From Octopus bimaculoides (taxonomy: Eukaryota): a stretch of DNA of 64,000 nucleotides. The stretch spans positions 15,009,849 through 15,073,848 of the forward strand of contig NC_068981.1 in assembly GCF_001194135.2 (NCBI RefSeq), read 5' to 3'. This document shows positions 14,201 through 27,214 of this stretch, one piece after another. Numbering within the stretch: the first letter of the stretch is position 1; every line of letters starts with the position of its first letter. The position numbers and the translations under genes are program-made. The notes beneath the pieces were generated by a model, which saw only the letters and a program-made list of their open reading frames with translations, was not told where the DNA came from and ran no database searches.

Positions 14201-16229
14201 CAGCTGTGGAATCATGCCTTTAAATTTTGTGTTTTTTCTAAATTTGTTATGGTCATGCGTCTCATAATGACGATAAATAGGACATTGGATTTGATTTGAA
14301 TGGCTTCTTGTGGGTGTGGAAGCTAAATGTGCAAAGCAGAGTGTGATATCCCGTGATGGTAAATGTTCCTTTTAATACAAATAATTCACGTCCTATATTG
14401 ATCTTGTTCACTTGTGTTTTATGTGCATTGAAGTCACTTTAATGATGGAGTATAAAGCATATAACATTTTTATAGTTTGGTATTGTAATCAGGTGTGACA
14501 GTTTGTAAGAATATGTAGTTAGCTTTTATCTTGAATACTTAAGATTAATATTAAATATTTAGTGATAGGAGCAATTAACGTCTAAGTAGAAATAACTGTG
14601 TCTTCAAATAGAAAAATAAAGACTTTTGACTGATATAATTTTAACTATTTCTCAAGTACGTAAAAATCAATTTGTAGAATGACACAGAAACTAAAACGCA
14701 CGTATCGAAGCTATGACTATGAATTCACTGAATAAGCGTTCAGTATTGAATATTAGTTGCCGTAGTAAAATACTATTGCTGAGAAAATTATAACAAAGGT
14801 TTCACGTTAAGGAAAAACAAAAGTGGAAGGAGATTGAGTATTTTTAATCATAAAACTTCATAGAAGTCACGTATCTCATCATGGAATATTGAATGTGTAT
14901 AACTATTGTCCTATTAGTGACTGAATGCAATTCATGTTGTGTGAGGCGTACCTGATTGAAAATCTTTCAAGTCGTTGGTACACGATGGTGTACACCGATG
15001 AACTATATGAGTAATCCTGTGTTAATCATATATATTTTAACTTGCTGAATAATGCCGATGTTACAATATTTTGTGATTATGATTTGACCCCAAAAAATAA
15101 TATTATTCTAAAACCATTTCAGGTACGTACGAATGTGGTGACATCATTATGTTACGTGCTGTACATTGCTTTCCGTTGTTGCGCTGCAGTGTATCCATGG
15201 TGCCTTATAGTGCACCTTTGTTTTGAGAATCCAAGGCACAAGTATGCAAACAATAATAAATCAAGTACTTCACAATTTCCTTGTTGAATTTCATAAACTC
15301 GAATGAAATTATGTTTCAAGAGTTAAGCTGCAATGCTACTGTTCCATTTTGGATCAGATGGCGCAAGTACAGCAAAAACTTATGACTATGAAAATCCTAG
15401 TTACTTCTAAGAAAGGCACATACTGTTATAGTTCACAAGCATGCATGCATGATATATATATATATATATATATATANNNNNNNNNNNNNNNNNNNNNNNN
15501 NNNNNNNNNNNNNNNNNNNNNNNNNNNNNNNNNNNNNNNNNNNNNNNNNNNNNNNNNNNNNNNNNNNNNNNNNNNNNNNNNNNNNNNNNNNNNNNNNNNN
15601 NNNNNNNNNNNNNNNNNNNNNNNNNNNNNNNNNNNNNNNNNNNNNNNNNNNNNNNNNNNNNNNNNNNNNNNNNNNNNNNNNNNNNNNNNNNNNNNNNNNN
15701 NNNNNNNNNNNNNNNNNNNNNNNNNNNNNNNNNNNNNNNNNNNNNNNNNNNNNNNNNNNNNNNNNNNNNNNNNNNNNNNNNNNNNNNNNNNNNNNNNNNN
15801 NNNNNNNNNNNNNNNNNNNNNNNNNNNNNNNNNNNNNNNNNNNNNNNNNNNNNNNNNNNNNNNNNNNNNNNNNNNNNNNNNNNNNNNNNNNNNNNNNNNN
15901 NNNNNNNTACTTATGCTTGAAAATAGATATTTTCGTTAGCTAAAATTGAAACTGCTAAATTTACTATGAATGTTTGACTTCCTAATTTTAGATGTCAAAG
16001 TAAATTCTATGTGTTACTTATTTTAGTGACTACCTGGCAGCGAAAAATCATGTGTTGCAAAATGGCTGTCAGCATATATCACAAACAAAATATCTTCGTT
16101 TCAAAAACGTATTCCCTCCGCCGAAACCTGCAGGCTTTAAACATAACAGCAATTTAATAGAAATACTAACCAATACCTAGCATTCTAATCAAAACCGCCA
16201 TTTGTTTTTTTTGGAGGACGCTCTACTCC

Positions 16230-16500
16230 GAACATCAGACTGAGAGGTAAGCTATGTCCGTTTTGCAATGATGTGGCCAAAATCTACATCAATAAGACAT
16301 GTTAACAGAGATGTTATGATTTATATAGACAGCGAGACTTGTAACGATTACCATTTGTTATACGCAAACGTATACACCAAATACCACCAGATTTATGTTG
16401 GTTGCACAACAGAGAAATTAATCAAAAGATTTATTGTGCATCTGTGTGAAATCTGATACAATAAAATTACTTCGACGCAACATGCTGGGCATTTTAGCGC
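16230..16500 (+). mobile_element. Penelope-like element GIY-YIG endonuclease remnant
   Basis: KLCPFCN (Cys pair), then ETCNDYHLLYANVYTKYHQIYVGCTTEKLIKRFIVHLCEI*...TQHAGHF matching PLE FTCxSxNVIYxIxCxxCxxxYVGxTxxxLxxRFxEH...VAxHF; contains stops. Confidence 0.7.
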
Positions 16501-16805
16501 AAGCGACTGTAAAACTCCTGAGCACCTGAAAAGATATATTCTCAGAAAATATTCTGATTCAACCTGATTCTCAGTCTTCAAAACACATGAAGATAAATAC
16601 ATTTGTGAGTTATTACGCACAGCAGAGATGAACTATATGACATAGGAATTTCACCAGATTTATACAAAACCTTTTGACTATGTTCCCTTAGCTTTTGTCT
16701 GGTTTTCTTCACTTGAAACTTGACTTCTTTTTGGTGTAGATAGGAAGAAGGATACTGCAGTTGAAACTTGTGTGTACTTTTTTTTTTATTTTTCATAATT
16801 CTATT

Positions 16806-17138
16806 CTTACTAACTTAATACCGCATTTTGCACTTGGAATTTCATATTTATCTTCGTGAAGAGTTTAGTCAATTTAAAAAATATCCTGGACTAAATGCGG
16901 TGCTCCAGCATGGTCACAGTCAAATGACTGAAACAAGTAAAAGAGTAAAGAGTATATTTGAAATATTGCTGAGCTAATCTGCATGTGTCTATATGTGTAC
17001 ATACAGGGTAGGTGTTAAATTTGCGTCTTGGCGAGTGTGTATTTAATTTTATTAGCATACCTTACTAACTTAATACCGCATTTTGCACTTGCAATTTCAT
17101 ATTTATCTTCGTGAAGAATTTAGTCAATTTAAAAAATA
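16806..17138. repeat. 78-bp direct duplication flanking a 177-bp copy of 22208-22384
   Basis: 16806-16883 and 17061-17138 differ at 2 positions; insert 16884-17060 matches 22208-22384 with 6 substitutions. Confidence 0.95.
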
Positions 17139-18167
17139 AATACATGAATAATAATGAAGTTTTAGTATTGTGATATAAGACTTTCATTTATAATACTCGA
17201 ATTTCTCCGCCTGAAGATATTTAACTTATAAAAGCGCAGCATTAAATTTAAATTAAATAAACAAAAAACAAGTAATCAGCAATATCTAACGATCTCTGGT
17301 TTGAATACCATAATATTTATAAAAGTGATTATAAAATTTATAATTCTCAGAACTACCACAAATATGTCTACGTATCTGAACTATAGAATAACTCGTTAAA
17401 AACTAGTTTATACAAGGGCAGAATGTTCTAAGTAATTCTAGATTATGCGATAATTACCCATTCACAAAATGTTGTCAGCGTGAAAATATGTATTTTACCT
17501 AAGTATAATTTGAATTAATAACATTCCTAAACTTTTATAAATGTTATATTTGTATTGTCGCCCATACTTTAATAAAATGAAAGTATTCAACTCGCCTGAT
17601 GAATACATATCAAAAGTAAAATATAACGATGAATATTTAACTTACAATGGTCTACATTAAATTCTTCTATAAGCAGATAGACAAGATTTTATATTCTATT
17701 TCATTAAAAAATAAATAAATGAAAGTTTGCAATTCACTGAATGCATTAATATTATTGAACTTTTTTTCCTAATTATACTAAACGAAACAGTAGCAGATTT
17801 AGTACCCAGGAAATGAATCATTATAAATTAGGTCATAATGGTAGCGACATCAACATAAATAACAATAATAATAAATCCATCGCCATAGAGCAATTTGCAT
17901 ATATTTAACTATTTTTTGTAATGTTGTTTATTCTATGCTGAATTTATTTTATTTATATTCAGTTTACATCATCATAAATTGTAGCATTAGTCTACGTTTC
18001 CATTTTCAGTTATTTTTTGTAAAATGCATTCCTGAATTCACTCTGTGTACTCGGCTGTATGTAAATGTATGTACATTTAGATTTATCTCTACTTATATAC
18101 AGATACTTGCTTATATTATTTTGTGCATATAATTATATATGCGCATCTATTATATTCGCATTCATCC

Positions 18168-18199
<32 letters not shown>

Positions 18200-19989
18200 T
18201 TGAACATGCATATATATATATATATATATATATATANNNNNNNNNNNNNNNNNNNNNNNNNNNNNNNNNNNNNNNNNNNNNNNNNNNNNNNNNNNNNNNN
18301 NNNNNNNNNNNNNNNNNNNNNNNNNNNNNNNNNNNNNNNNNNNNNNNNNNNNNNNNNNNNNNNNNNNNNNNNNNNNNNNNNNNNNNNNNNNNNNNNNNNN
18401 NNNNNNNNNNNNNNNNNNNNNNNNNNNNNNNNNNNNNNNNNNNNNNNNNNNNNNNNNNNNNNNNNNNNNNNNNNNNNNNNNNNNNNNNNNNNNNNNNNNN
18501 NNNNNNNNNNNNNNNNNNNNNNNNNNNNNNNNNNNNNNNNNNNNNNNNNNNNNNNNNNNATATATATATATATATATATAATATCTTTAATAGCATTTTG
18601 ACTCAGCTACAATTGACGAACCCACTCTGCTGTCAGAAGCACCTACATGTATCTTAGTCTAGCAGGGTACCAAATAATATACAAACATACACACAGACAT
18701 ATACATTTACATGTGTGGGTCAGTATGAGGTAGTGTGTTTGCATAAGCGTACATATCACTGTTTGGATTTATGACAGTTGTCTTCGCGACCAACAACCCA
18801 TCTTAATCTTAAGCTGATACATTTTATGTATATGAACTACTTGTATCTTATCCGTAATTTTCTCAGACCCTTCTCTTTAACAATTTTAAGTATATTGAGT
18901 TCTTCAATATTTAGTGCTTTACTATATTTAGAAGGACGCATTTGAAGAGATGTTTATTCAAGAAAGTAACTTAGCTTTCATTATGTTGCCTTTCACTTCT
19001 TTTGTATCTTTGTAGCATTTCTTACTGCATTGTGTATCTGTACTATGCTAGTTATATACAAATACATACACACAGAAACCCACATATACACACACACATG
19101 CACTCATAAATGTGTGTGTTATTTAATAAACACAATATACGATTTTATATGCTACTATTTGATTCATGTCTTTTGATCCTGCCGAACAGCGTTTTTTTAA
19201 CACTCCTGGTATCCTAGTACAATCATCAGCCATTGCTCACGTGGCATACCGAACGTATTTTGTTGATCATACCATCCCGGAACAGTAGGCTATGTACTAG
19301 GGTCTGACAAGACGTATGTAGAGCTGGGTGCTTTATGGACGCGAAGCCATGGTTAACCCAGTTAACCTGTCATGAATATGTATCTCTAAACATTCTACTG
19401 CTCTTTAATTTAGAGTGTGCTTCTCTTTGAATTTATTTTATGAATTTACTGATGATATGTGTGTATGTGTGTGTGCATGATGAATTTAATTCTAAAATAA
19501 GAACTTAGTCTTAACATTTTTTAGTAATGACTACAATTGTCTCGGTGCAACATTATCAGCTACTAAATGCTGAATGTTATAAATATTATCCTCATTATTG
19601 CATTAATATGACCCAACGAATGTAGCATAAATGCTAGTCTTCGGGTAAGTTAGGTCCAAAGAACTGTTAATCATCTTTAGTTTCTCTTTATATATACCTA
19701 CACAATTATACTATTTTTAGCTGTCCATTGACAAAGAACAATATGGAAATACAAAGATATATAAATGTGAAAATATATTATAAATAAATTAATGGTAATA
19801 AAAAAATAATAGATACAGAACCCCTTTTTTACTTCTTCCTTAATCGCAGACTTGTCCTGACAGTTAGGAAAATGAACGAGCAATCTAAGTTAATAAAGTG
19901 CTTAAATGATAAATTCGAACAATCGTTTCTCTCTGGGTCTTTTATCGATCCGCTTCAAAGGAAGTCAGAGGGAGCTATTTCTATTTTTT

Positions 19990-20205
19990 ATCTTTTACAT
20001 TTTTCAATCATTACACTGCAGCCATGGTTGGGCACCGCGTTGAAGAATTCTTATTCGAATGAATCTACCTCAGTACTTGTTTCTTGTAAGCCTGGTACTT
20101 ATTTTATCGACCAATTTTCACGAATCGGGAAGGTACGGGGACGTAAATACACCAACAACTTTGTCAAGCGGTGGTGAGGGACTAACGGAACACACTCACA
20201 CACAC
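19990..20205 (-). mobile_element. SINE family A, 3' half
   Basis: CTGCAGCCATGGTTGGGCACCGC...GGGGACGTAAATACACCAACAACTTTGTCAAGCGGTGG aligns to the reverse complement of the family A tail; runs into a gap. Confidence 0.8.
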
Positions 20206-20744
20206 NNNNNNNNNNNNNNNNNNNNNNNNNNNNNNNNNNNNNNNNNNNNNNNNNNNNNNNNNNNNNNNNNNNNNNNNNNNNNNNNNNNNNNNNNNNNNNN
20301 NNNNNNNNNNNNNNNNNNNNNNNNNNNNNNNNNNNNNNNNNNNNNNNNNNNNNNNNNNNNNNNNNNNNNNNNNNNNNNNNNNNNNNNNNNNNNNNNNNNN
20401 NNNNNNNNNNNNNNNNNNNNNNNNNNNNNNNNNNNNNNNNNNNNNNNNNNNNNNNNNNNNNNNNNNNNNNNNNNNNNNNNNNNNNNNNNNNNNNNNNNNN
20501 NNNNNNNNNNNNNNNNNNNNNNNNNNNNNNNNNNNNNNNNNNNNNNNNNNNNNNNNNNNNNNNNNNNNNNNNNNNNNNNNNNNNNNNNNNNNNNNNNNNN
20601 NNNNNNNNNNNNNNNNNNNNNNNNNNNNNNNNNNNNNNNNNNNNNNNNNNNNNNNNNNNNNNNNNNNNNNNNNNNNNNNNNNNNNNNNNNNNNNNNNNNN
20701 NNNNNNNNNNNNNNNNNNNNNNNNNNNNNNNNNNNNNTATATAC

Positions 20745-20784
<40 letters not shown>

Positions 20785-20974
20785 ATATATAGTTTACTCC
20801 TGATCAAATTGCATTCGCTACAATATTATCTGGGACCAAATATGACACTTCATGCATTGAGTAGATATTAAATTCTATTAAACTTTAACAATATTTTTGA
20901 AGCAATGAACAATTTTCTTCAAAACAATGATATAATTTGTCGATTTCGAACTTATTGTATTGCTGCATGATAAA

Positions 20975-21180
20975 CAACAGTACCACTACCATCGCCACAA
21001 TATCTGTCATACACAAACCATGCAAAGTTCTGACGCCACCACCATCACTACCTTTGACTTTACCGCTTTCCCTTCCATCACCACTGTCTGTCACATCGCT
21101 TATTCATCCCTCACCCCCTCGGCTACAACCACCACCGACCGTTACTACCCCTACCGTATCTATGTCAGCTATTACTCTCA
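20975..21180. repeat. Degenerate (CAC/CAT/TAC) trinucleotide tract
   Basis: Low-complexity tract giving T/P/H-rich ORFs in several frames; a similar reverse-sense tract lies at about 24270-24445. Confidence 0.7.
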
Positions 21181-21896
21181 ACCCAACATGAGCAAAAGTA
21201 GGAATGTTAATGAATAGTGTGAGAGGGGGTCGAAGCGTGACGCATTGACACACATAAATTACTTTTCGTATTTTATATATATATATATAAGAATATTTCT
21301 GTTGATTTATTTTCATGAGCCCTTTATCCTATTATAAAAGAGAAAAACAGACGGTAACTCCTTAAGTGTCACCTATTATAAGTGTATGTTTTCTGTTTCT
21401 TCATGTTCCTCTTACGAACGTTCTTTTTTCTAATTTGAAATACTTTCATATCGATCATCTGTCGGTAATTGTTAGATTCTCTTCGATTTTATTCATTATT
21501 TCTTACAATATGTATACAACTTTTATATTTACCTTTACTTTTTCATTTCTTTTCGGTTTCTCTTCTAGAATGCTAACTTTAAATTTATGCTTATATTGCT
21601 CGTTATACATAATCATAAAACATATTAGTATATTTCGCTTTCGTGGCGTAAGTCTATAAAAATTAATTTTATGCCATGTAAATTAAGTGTGGTGGCAAAG
21701 AAACTGAAAGTACAGGCATGAATTAATCTGTAAATAATGAAGTTAATGTTATATCTATCTATCTATATCGACTTAGATCTCTAATTACTCTACCGTATTT
21801 CCTTCGCAGTAATAAAAATGAAGTTTTGAACGATAGAAAATAAGATCAAATGTCGAAAAGTTCTTCAGTGAATAATGATGTTGTTTATTTTTTCCA

Positions 21897-22278
21897 GGCG
21901 TAGGAGTGGCTGTTTGGTAAGTAGCTTGCTTAGGAACTACATGTTTCGGGGTTCAGTACCACTGCCTGGCACCTTGGGCAAGTGCCTTCTACCATATCCT
22001 CGGGTCGACGAAGCCTTGTGAGTGGATTTGGTAGANNNNNNNNNNTATATATATGTGGGGGTTGCGTGTATATGTTTGTGTGTCTGTGTTTGTTCCTCGC
22101 AACATCGCTTGACAACCGATGCTGGTGTCCCTGTAACTTAGCGGTTAGGCAAAAAAGACCGAAATAATAAGTACTAGGTTTACAAAGAATAAGACCTGGG
22201 GTCGATATCCTGGACTAAATGCAGTGCTCCAGCATGGCCACAGTCAAATGACTGAAACAAGTAAAAGAGTAAAGAGTA
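21897..22278 (+). mobile_element. SINE family A, full length (best copy)
   Basis: tRNA-like head GGCGTAGGAGTGGCTGTTTGGTAAG...GGGTTCAGTACC, internal (TA)/(TG) microsatellite with a 10-bp gap, tail ...CAGTCAAATGACTGAAACAAGTAAAAGAG; multiple copies in the window. Confidence 0.9.
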
Positions 22279-23844
22279 TATTTGAAATATTGCTGAGCTA
22301 ATCTGCATGTGTCTATATGTGTACATACAGGGTAGGGGTTAATTTTGCGTCTCGGCGAGTGTGTGTTTAATTTTATTAGCATACCTAATGATTCTGTCTT
22401 ATTCCGAAGAATTTCAAGACAATACGATGAAACCGCGATTTGTTCACTGACAAAATTCCGTACTGCTGAGATGCAACATGGAATTTTGTCAATGAACAAG
22501 TAAAGTTTTCAAAGCGACGAAAATATTTTGACAAATTAAATTTAAATGTTGAAGTCTATCTAACAGTTTTTGAATGTTTTTAAATGGCTTATAAAAACCT
22601 TCCACGCTGCAATTGTTTTGTTTCGACACACCATCTCTGATAAAGTCACCTGCTATGCAAGTACACCTCCGTAATATATACATATACACCCACCACACAC
22701 ACACAAGATACAAACATATATATGGTCTAATGACTTTAAATATTTGAAGTTTGACATTTATTTAATTTTACTTTGGTTTTTATATTTTATATTTTATATC
22801 ATTCAACTATGTAGTAGTTGAATAATATTCTTAAGGCCGCAATTTACTCACACGCAGTACTGGTGTCAAGCTACATTTTGCCATTAAGAATATCGAGATT
22901 TAGTCCAGTAGAAATAAGTGTACATCACAATTTGTAGCAACGTTATATGAGATTAAATAACGCCACCAACCAAGATTAAATCGAAATACCTATTTTTATT
23001 TTATAAGCAAAAACACAATTATCTTAGCTTTAATGATAGATGAAAGCATGACAAATGTTATAGCCTTCTTCCCATGCAGCAAAATCTTGTATCATAAAAG
23101 TTGTGAGGTAAGATATTATGAAAAAAATATAAGCAAGGCAAAAAATTGGATTTAAGCATAATTAACATTTTCATTTTGAAACAAACTATATTTTAGTTAA
23201 GCTTAAATGATAGTGCGGAATTAGAGGAATTTCATCGTACCAATCCCATGCAATGGGGTTTTAAAAGAAAAAAAAGTTATGAGCCTTTCTTTCTCAAATT
23301 TGAGAGTGATACTATACTTTTTTTATTAATATAGTTCTATAAGGTTACTTTTGATATATGTCACCGGCGTCATTGATCTAACGAAAAAAGTATCAATGAC
23401 ACCGCTAATTCACACATTTGTGGTATTATTAATTAGCATAATAGCATAGTCTTGAAAAAACATGGATTACATAGTAAAACGCGAGCAAGAGAAATAATAT
23501 TCTTAAGATTATAAACCTGGAAAAATTTAGGACAAGCTATTGCACTTGGAAAAGTTCAGAACAAATTATTACATCATGTAAAGTACAGAACAAGAAAATT
23601 TCTACTTAAAATATTGCAGCTAAGGATAAAACTTAAATATTATTAAAATTATTTGATCTTAATTTAGAAAGTAACATTATGATTAAATAAGGTGTCATCA
23701 TTTTGGTAAAATATTAACACACTAGAATACTTAAAAGATAACAGGCAGAAGTATCAATATAGCTAAAGTTTTATGCAAAGTACAATAGTATATATAGTAG
23801 GCAAATTCATTATGTAAAATAATAGACGTTGAGTCAAGACTAAA

Positions 23845-23955
23845 CATAAGTAAGTACCAGTTACGCACTAGGGTCGGTGTAATCGACTTAATCCCTTTGT
23901 CTGTCCTTCTTTGTCCTCTCTATGTTTAACCACTGTGGGCAATAAAGAAATAAAT
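23845..23955 (+). mobile_element. SINE family B 3' part
   Basis: AAGTACCAGTTACGCACTAGGGTCGGTGTAATCGACTTA resembles the post-head segment at 53770-53810; ends in AATAAAGAAATA. Confidence 0.7.
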
Positions 23956-25654
23956 ATATATTTAGCGGAGTCCTTAAATCAACATGTCTGTGTGTTTGTG
24001 TGTGTTTCTGTGGGTGCACATGTGTGCATGTATGTCTCTGTGTGTTTGTGTGTGTGCGTATTGTGTTTGTATGTGTGAACGTTTGGGGGTGCCTGTGTGT
24101 GAGTCTGTGTGCGTGTGGGGAGTGTAATAATAAAGGAAAAAGGGTAATATAGGCAAACTAACAATGCGTTCCTAAAAGTTGAGGGTACAATCAAAGAGAG
24201 TATCTCTAGATACCGTCAGTTGGATGGCCGAATGGGGAGTGACCTCGTTTCAATTCAGTGATTGTGCTATTAGCAGCAGATACCCAAGTGATGGTGTTGT
24301 TGATGGCGTAATGGTCACACATGGTAATTGGTGGGTGACTGCCTCTCGGTTCGCAGTAGTGATGGTGCATGCAATTATTAGTATCGGTGTGGGCGATGGT
24401 AGTAAATGCTGCGGTGATGTCTACATCAGTGTTTTTGGCGATGGTTGTCCGAAAGTCTTTTCACCACCAGTAAATATTACGTTAATTTTCTATTATCAAG
24501 GTTAGAGTTTCACAAGAACGATACCAGAATACCCAATGGTAGAAGGAAGCTGTTTCGGTAGCCTTTCCAACAATCACCAAAGCACAGCCTCGTAAAATAT
24601 CACACGGGATATGGCGACGCATCATTTTGTGCCAAGAAAAAGATGGTGTTCATACAGATTTTCTCGATGTGTTACATTGCCAGTGACAATGAAAGTGAAT
24701 ATACTAAAACCAGTACATGTGTTTGATATTATTACGTTGTTCCTCTATTGTTCTTATTACTTACCGGTAGGGGGTGATAAGACTATCGGACCACCCAATA
24801 CAATGAAAGCTGACGAACTTTCAATACAAAGCGATGAGAATAAATTAAAAAAATTACCACCAGCATTTTGGTTTACGCTCTAACAACTGTATCAATTCGT
24901 CATCTACGATGCCAACATAACAGTTAAAATACATTGTTTTGTAGAATTACTTAATACCGGGAAAATATGACTTGCATATGTCAAAAATAATTGGGAAGAA
25001 AGAGGATTTACTTCGAATACAGATAGAGAGAGAGGGGTGCTAGAGGGATATTGCCAATATATAAAACTCTGCGAACTACTCAAGCTGAAGAGCATTCACT
25101 GATGCTTGAAACCTGAAAATTATAATTGATCCGCGACAGGTGTTAAATATCGTTTTATGAAAATAAATATGTAATTCATATAGACATGTATACTGTACAT
25201 ATCTCGTCTAGTCATTTTTTTTATCACGCTTTCATAGTAATAATATTTTGAATGGCTGGCACAAAATATGCAGAATATTTAAAACATTAAAATATTTAAA
25301 ACATTAACCACTGAAGCTACCAAAAGCAAACTTTATTGTGATATTATGGAACTTAATTGCTTTAAATTATCATTTTTGCATGCCATATGAAAATACTGCA
25401 TCGGAGCTAATGTTTTGTTGTTTTTGCTGTCGTTGCCTTAATAAATATATCAACTTCATGTGCGAACGTGCTATATTCAAGTATAAATGCACTGTAATTG
25501 GTAGAATCATTTGATTATCAGTTAAAACAATTTTCCCGGTTTTTGCACACTTCTTTCGAATCAGTCCGTGGCCAAATTTACCTTTGAACCTTTTGAAGTT
25601 GTATTCAGTAATGGATTCCAATGCTTTGATAGGTTCAATTCAATACTATTTCTT

Positions 25655-25668
25655 CAATTCTCTTTCTC

Positions 25669-25712
<44 letters not shown>

Positions 25713-25815
25713 ACTTACTTAGTTTATCTCTATATCTCTCTCTATCTCTATCTCTATTTCTCACTCTTTTCCCGCTTTTACTCGTCCCCCCCCTTCTCTC
25801 TCTCTACATCTCTCT
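25655..25815. repeat. (TTTC)n and (CT)n/(CTAT)n compound microsatellite
   Basis: Directly visible. Confidence 0.9.
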
Positions 25816-27059
25816 TTCTCTCCGAAAAATCGGTGTAGGTCTGACAGAGAGATAGAGGGATTTCTTGCAGATTCCGAAGCCTGATAAACGCAATATTTCA
25901 TGGCGTCACACCGCTACGTCTACATCAAGAATTAGTGACCTGAGGCAAGACATAATATACGCATTCTACCTTAATTCTGCATAAAATAATGTTTACAGTA
26001 GTCTGTAGATGTATTTAGTACTGTTATTGAATTGAAGGTACTATTTGAAAAATCAGATATTTTTTTTATATGGAATGAAAATATATCACGACCTATGATT
26101 ATCGAATTATCGAACATGCTTAGATAAAGAGGAAATCATACTAAAAATACTGCCAGTGCTATACGCATATATAAAATCCTTATAATTAATGCCTAAAACC
26201 TATGAAATCACACATCTTGATAGTAGAATGCGTAGTCATGTGAACATGTATAGAGGTAGATGCATACTACGAATGTTACAAGCTGAGAGCAGATTTAGTT
26301 GGTGTGTATATTTGGTATATCAGTCTCTAAGAAATTATAAATGTATGTTTAAATATCATATTTAAAATATATATTATAAATTGCGTGACACTGCGGAACA
26401 TTATATATTAGTCTTGCTGCATTAGCCTTTCCTTGAGGAAGCGATATATACAGAAAATGTAATTGAAGCATCAAGAGATTCCTGGCCAGCTTTAGCAGTA
26501 GTTGTAGTAAGATCCATAGCAGCGACATATGTATAGCATCATTCTCAGCAGCTGCAAAACTATATTATCTTATAGTCAGTGGAGTAGATATGTAGCAGGC
26601 AGTTGATATATTTCTATATTTACATACTCATATATATTTATTTAATAATGTGTTTATAAGTTTATTTATTTCAACACAGTCTGAATGAAGAAAAAAATAC
26701 TAAGATACTACATAAGGAAGGAAAATTGACTTTTAATAAATATTATGTCAAGATTTAATAAAATCTTGAGACATTTCAGATGATTTCCCTTCAAGTAGTA
26801 ATGCAGATGTTTACCGAAATAAAATGACAATCGTATTTTTAAAATCAATAAACAGAAATAAGAAAGTGTTTAAGTGCTTGTTAATATGTGGTGGTACTGA
26901 GGTTTCAAATGTGATTAAAATATACCTTAGGATTATTGAGAAAGTGCTAACGCAAAAACAGTTCATATCATAAACATTCATATGTCTACATTATTACATG
27001 GAAGTGTATTTATACTAATACTAAAATACGAATACTACACACTATATAGATATGTATAC

Positions 27060-27133
27060 GTCTCTCTCTCACTCTCTGTTTCTCCCTCTCTCTCTATCTC
27101 TCTGGGCATCTATCTATCTATCTATCTATCTGT

Positions 27134-27210
<77 letters not shown>
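27060..27210. repeat. (CT)n-(TATC)n-(CT)n-(TA)n compound microsatellite abutting the LINE 3' end
   Basis: Directly visible. Confidence 0.9.

Positions 27211-27214
<4 letters not shown>

Noticed and set aside
18726-18747. TGAGGTAGT, a let-7-like 5' end
   Set aside because: Only 9 nt match let-7 and no convincing precursor hairpin forms.
25085-25112. CTGAAGA-GCAT..ATGC-TT-GAAAC hammerhead-like string
   Set aside because: Stem II is out of register by two bases; no GUH site and no stem I.
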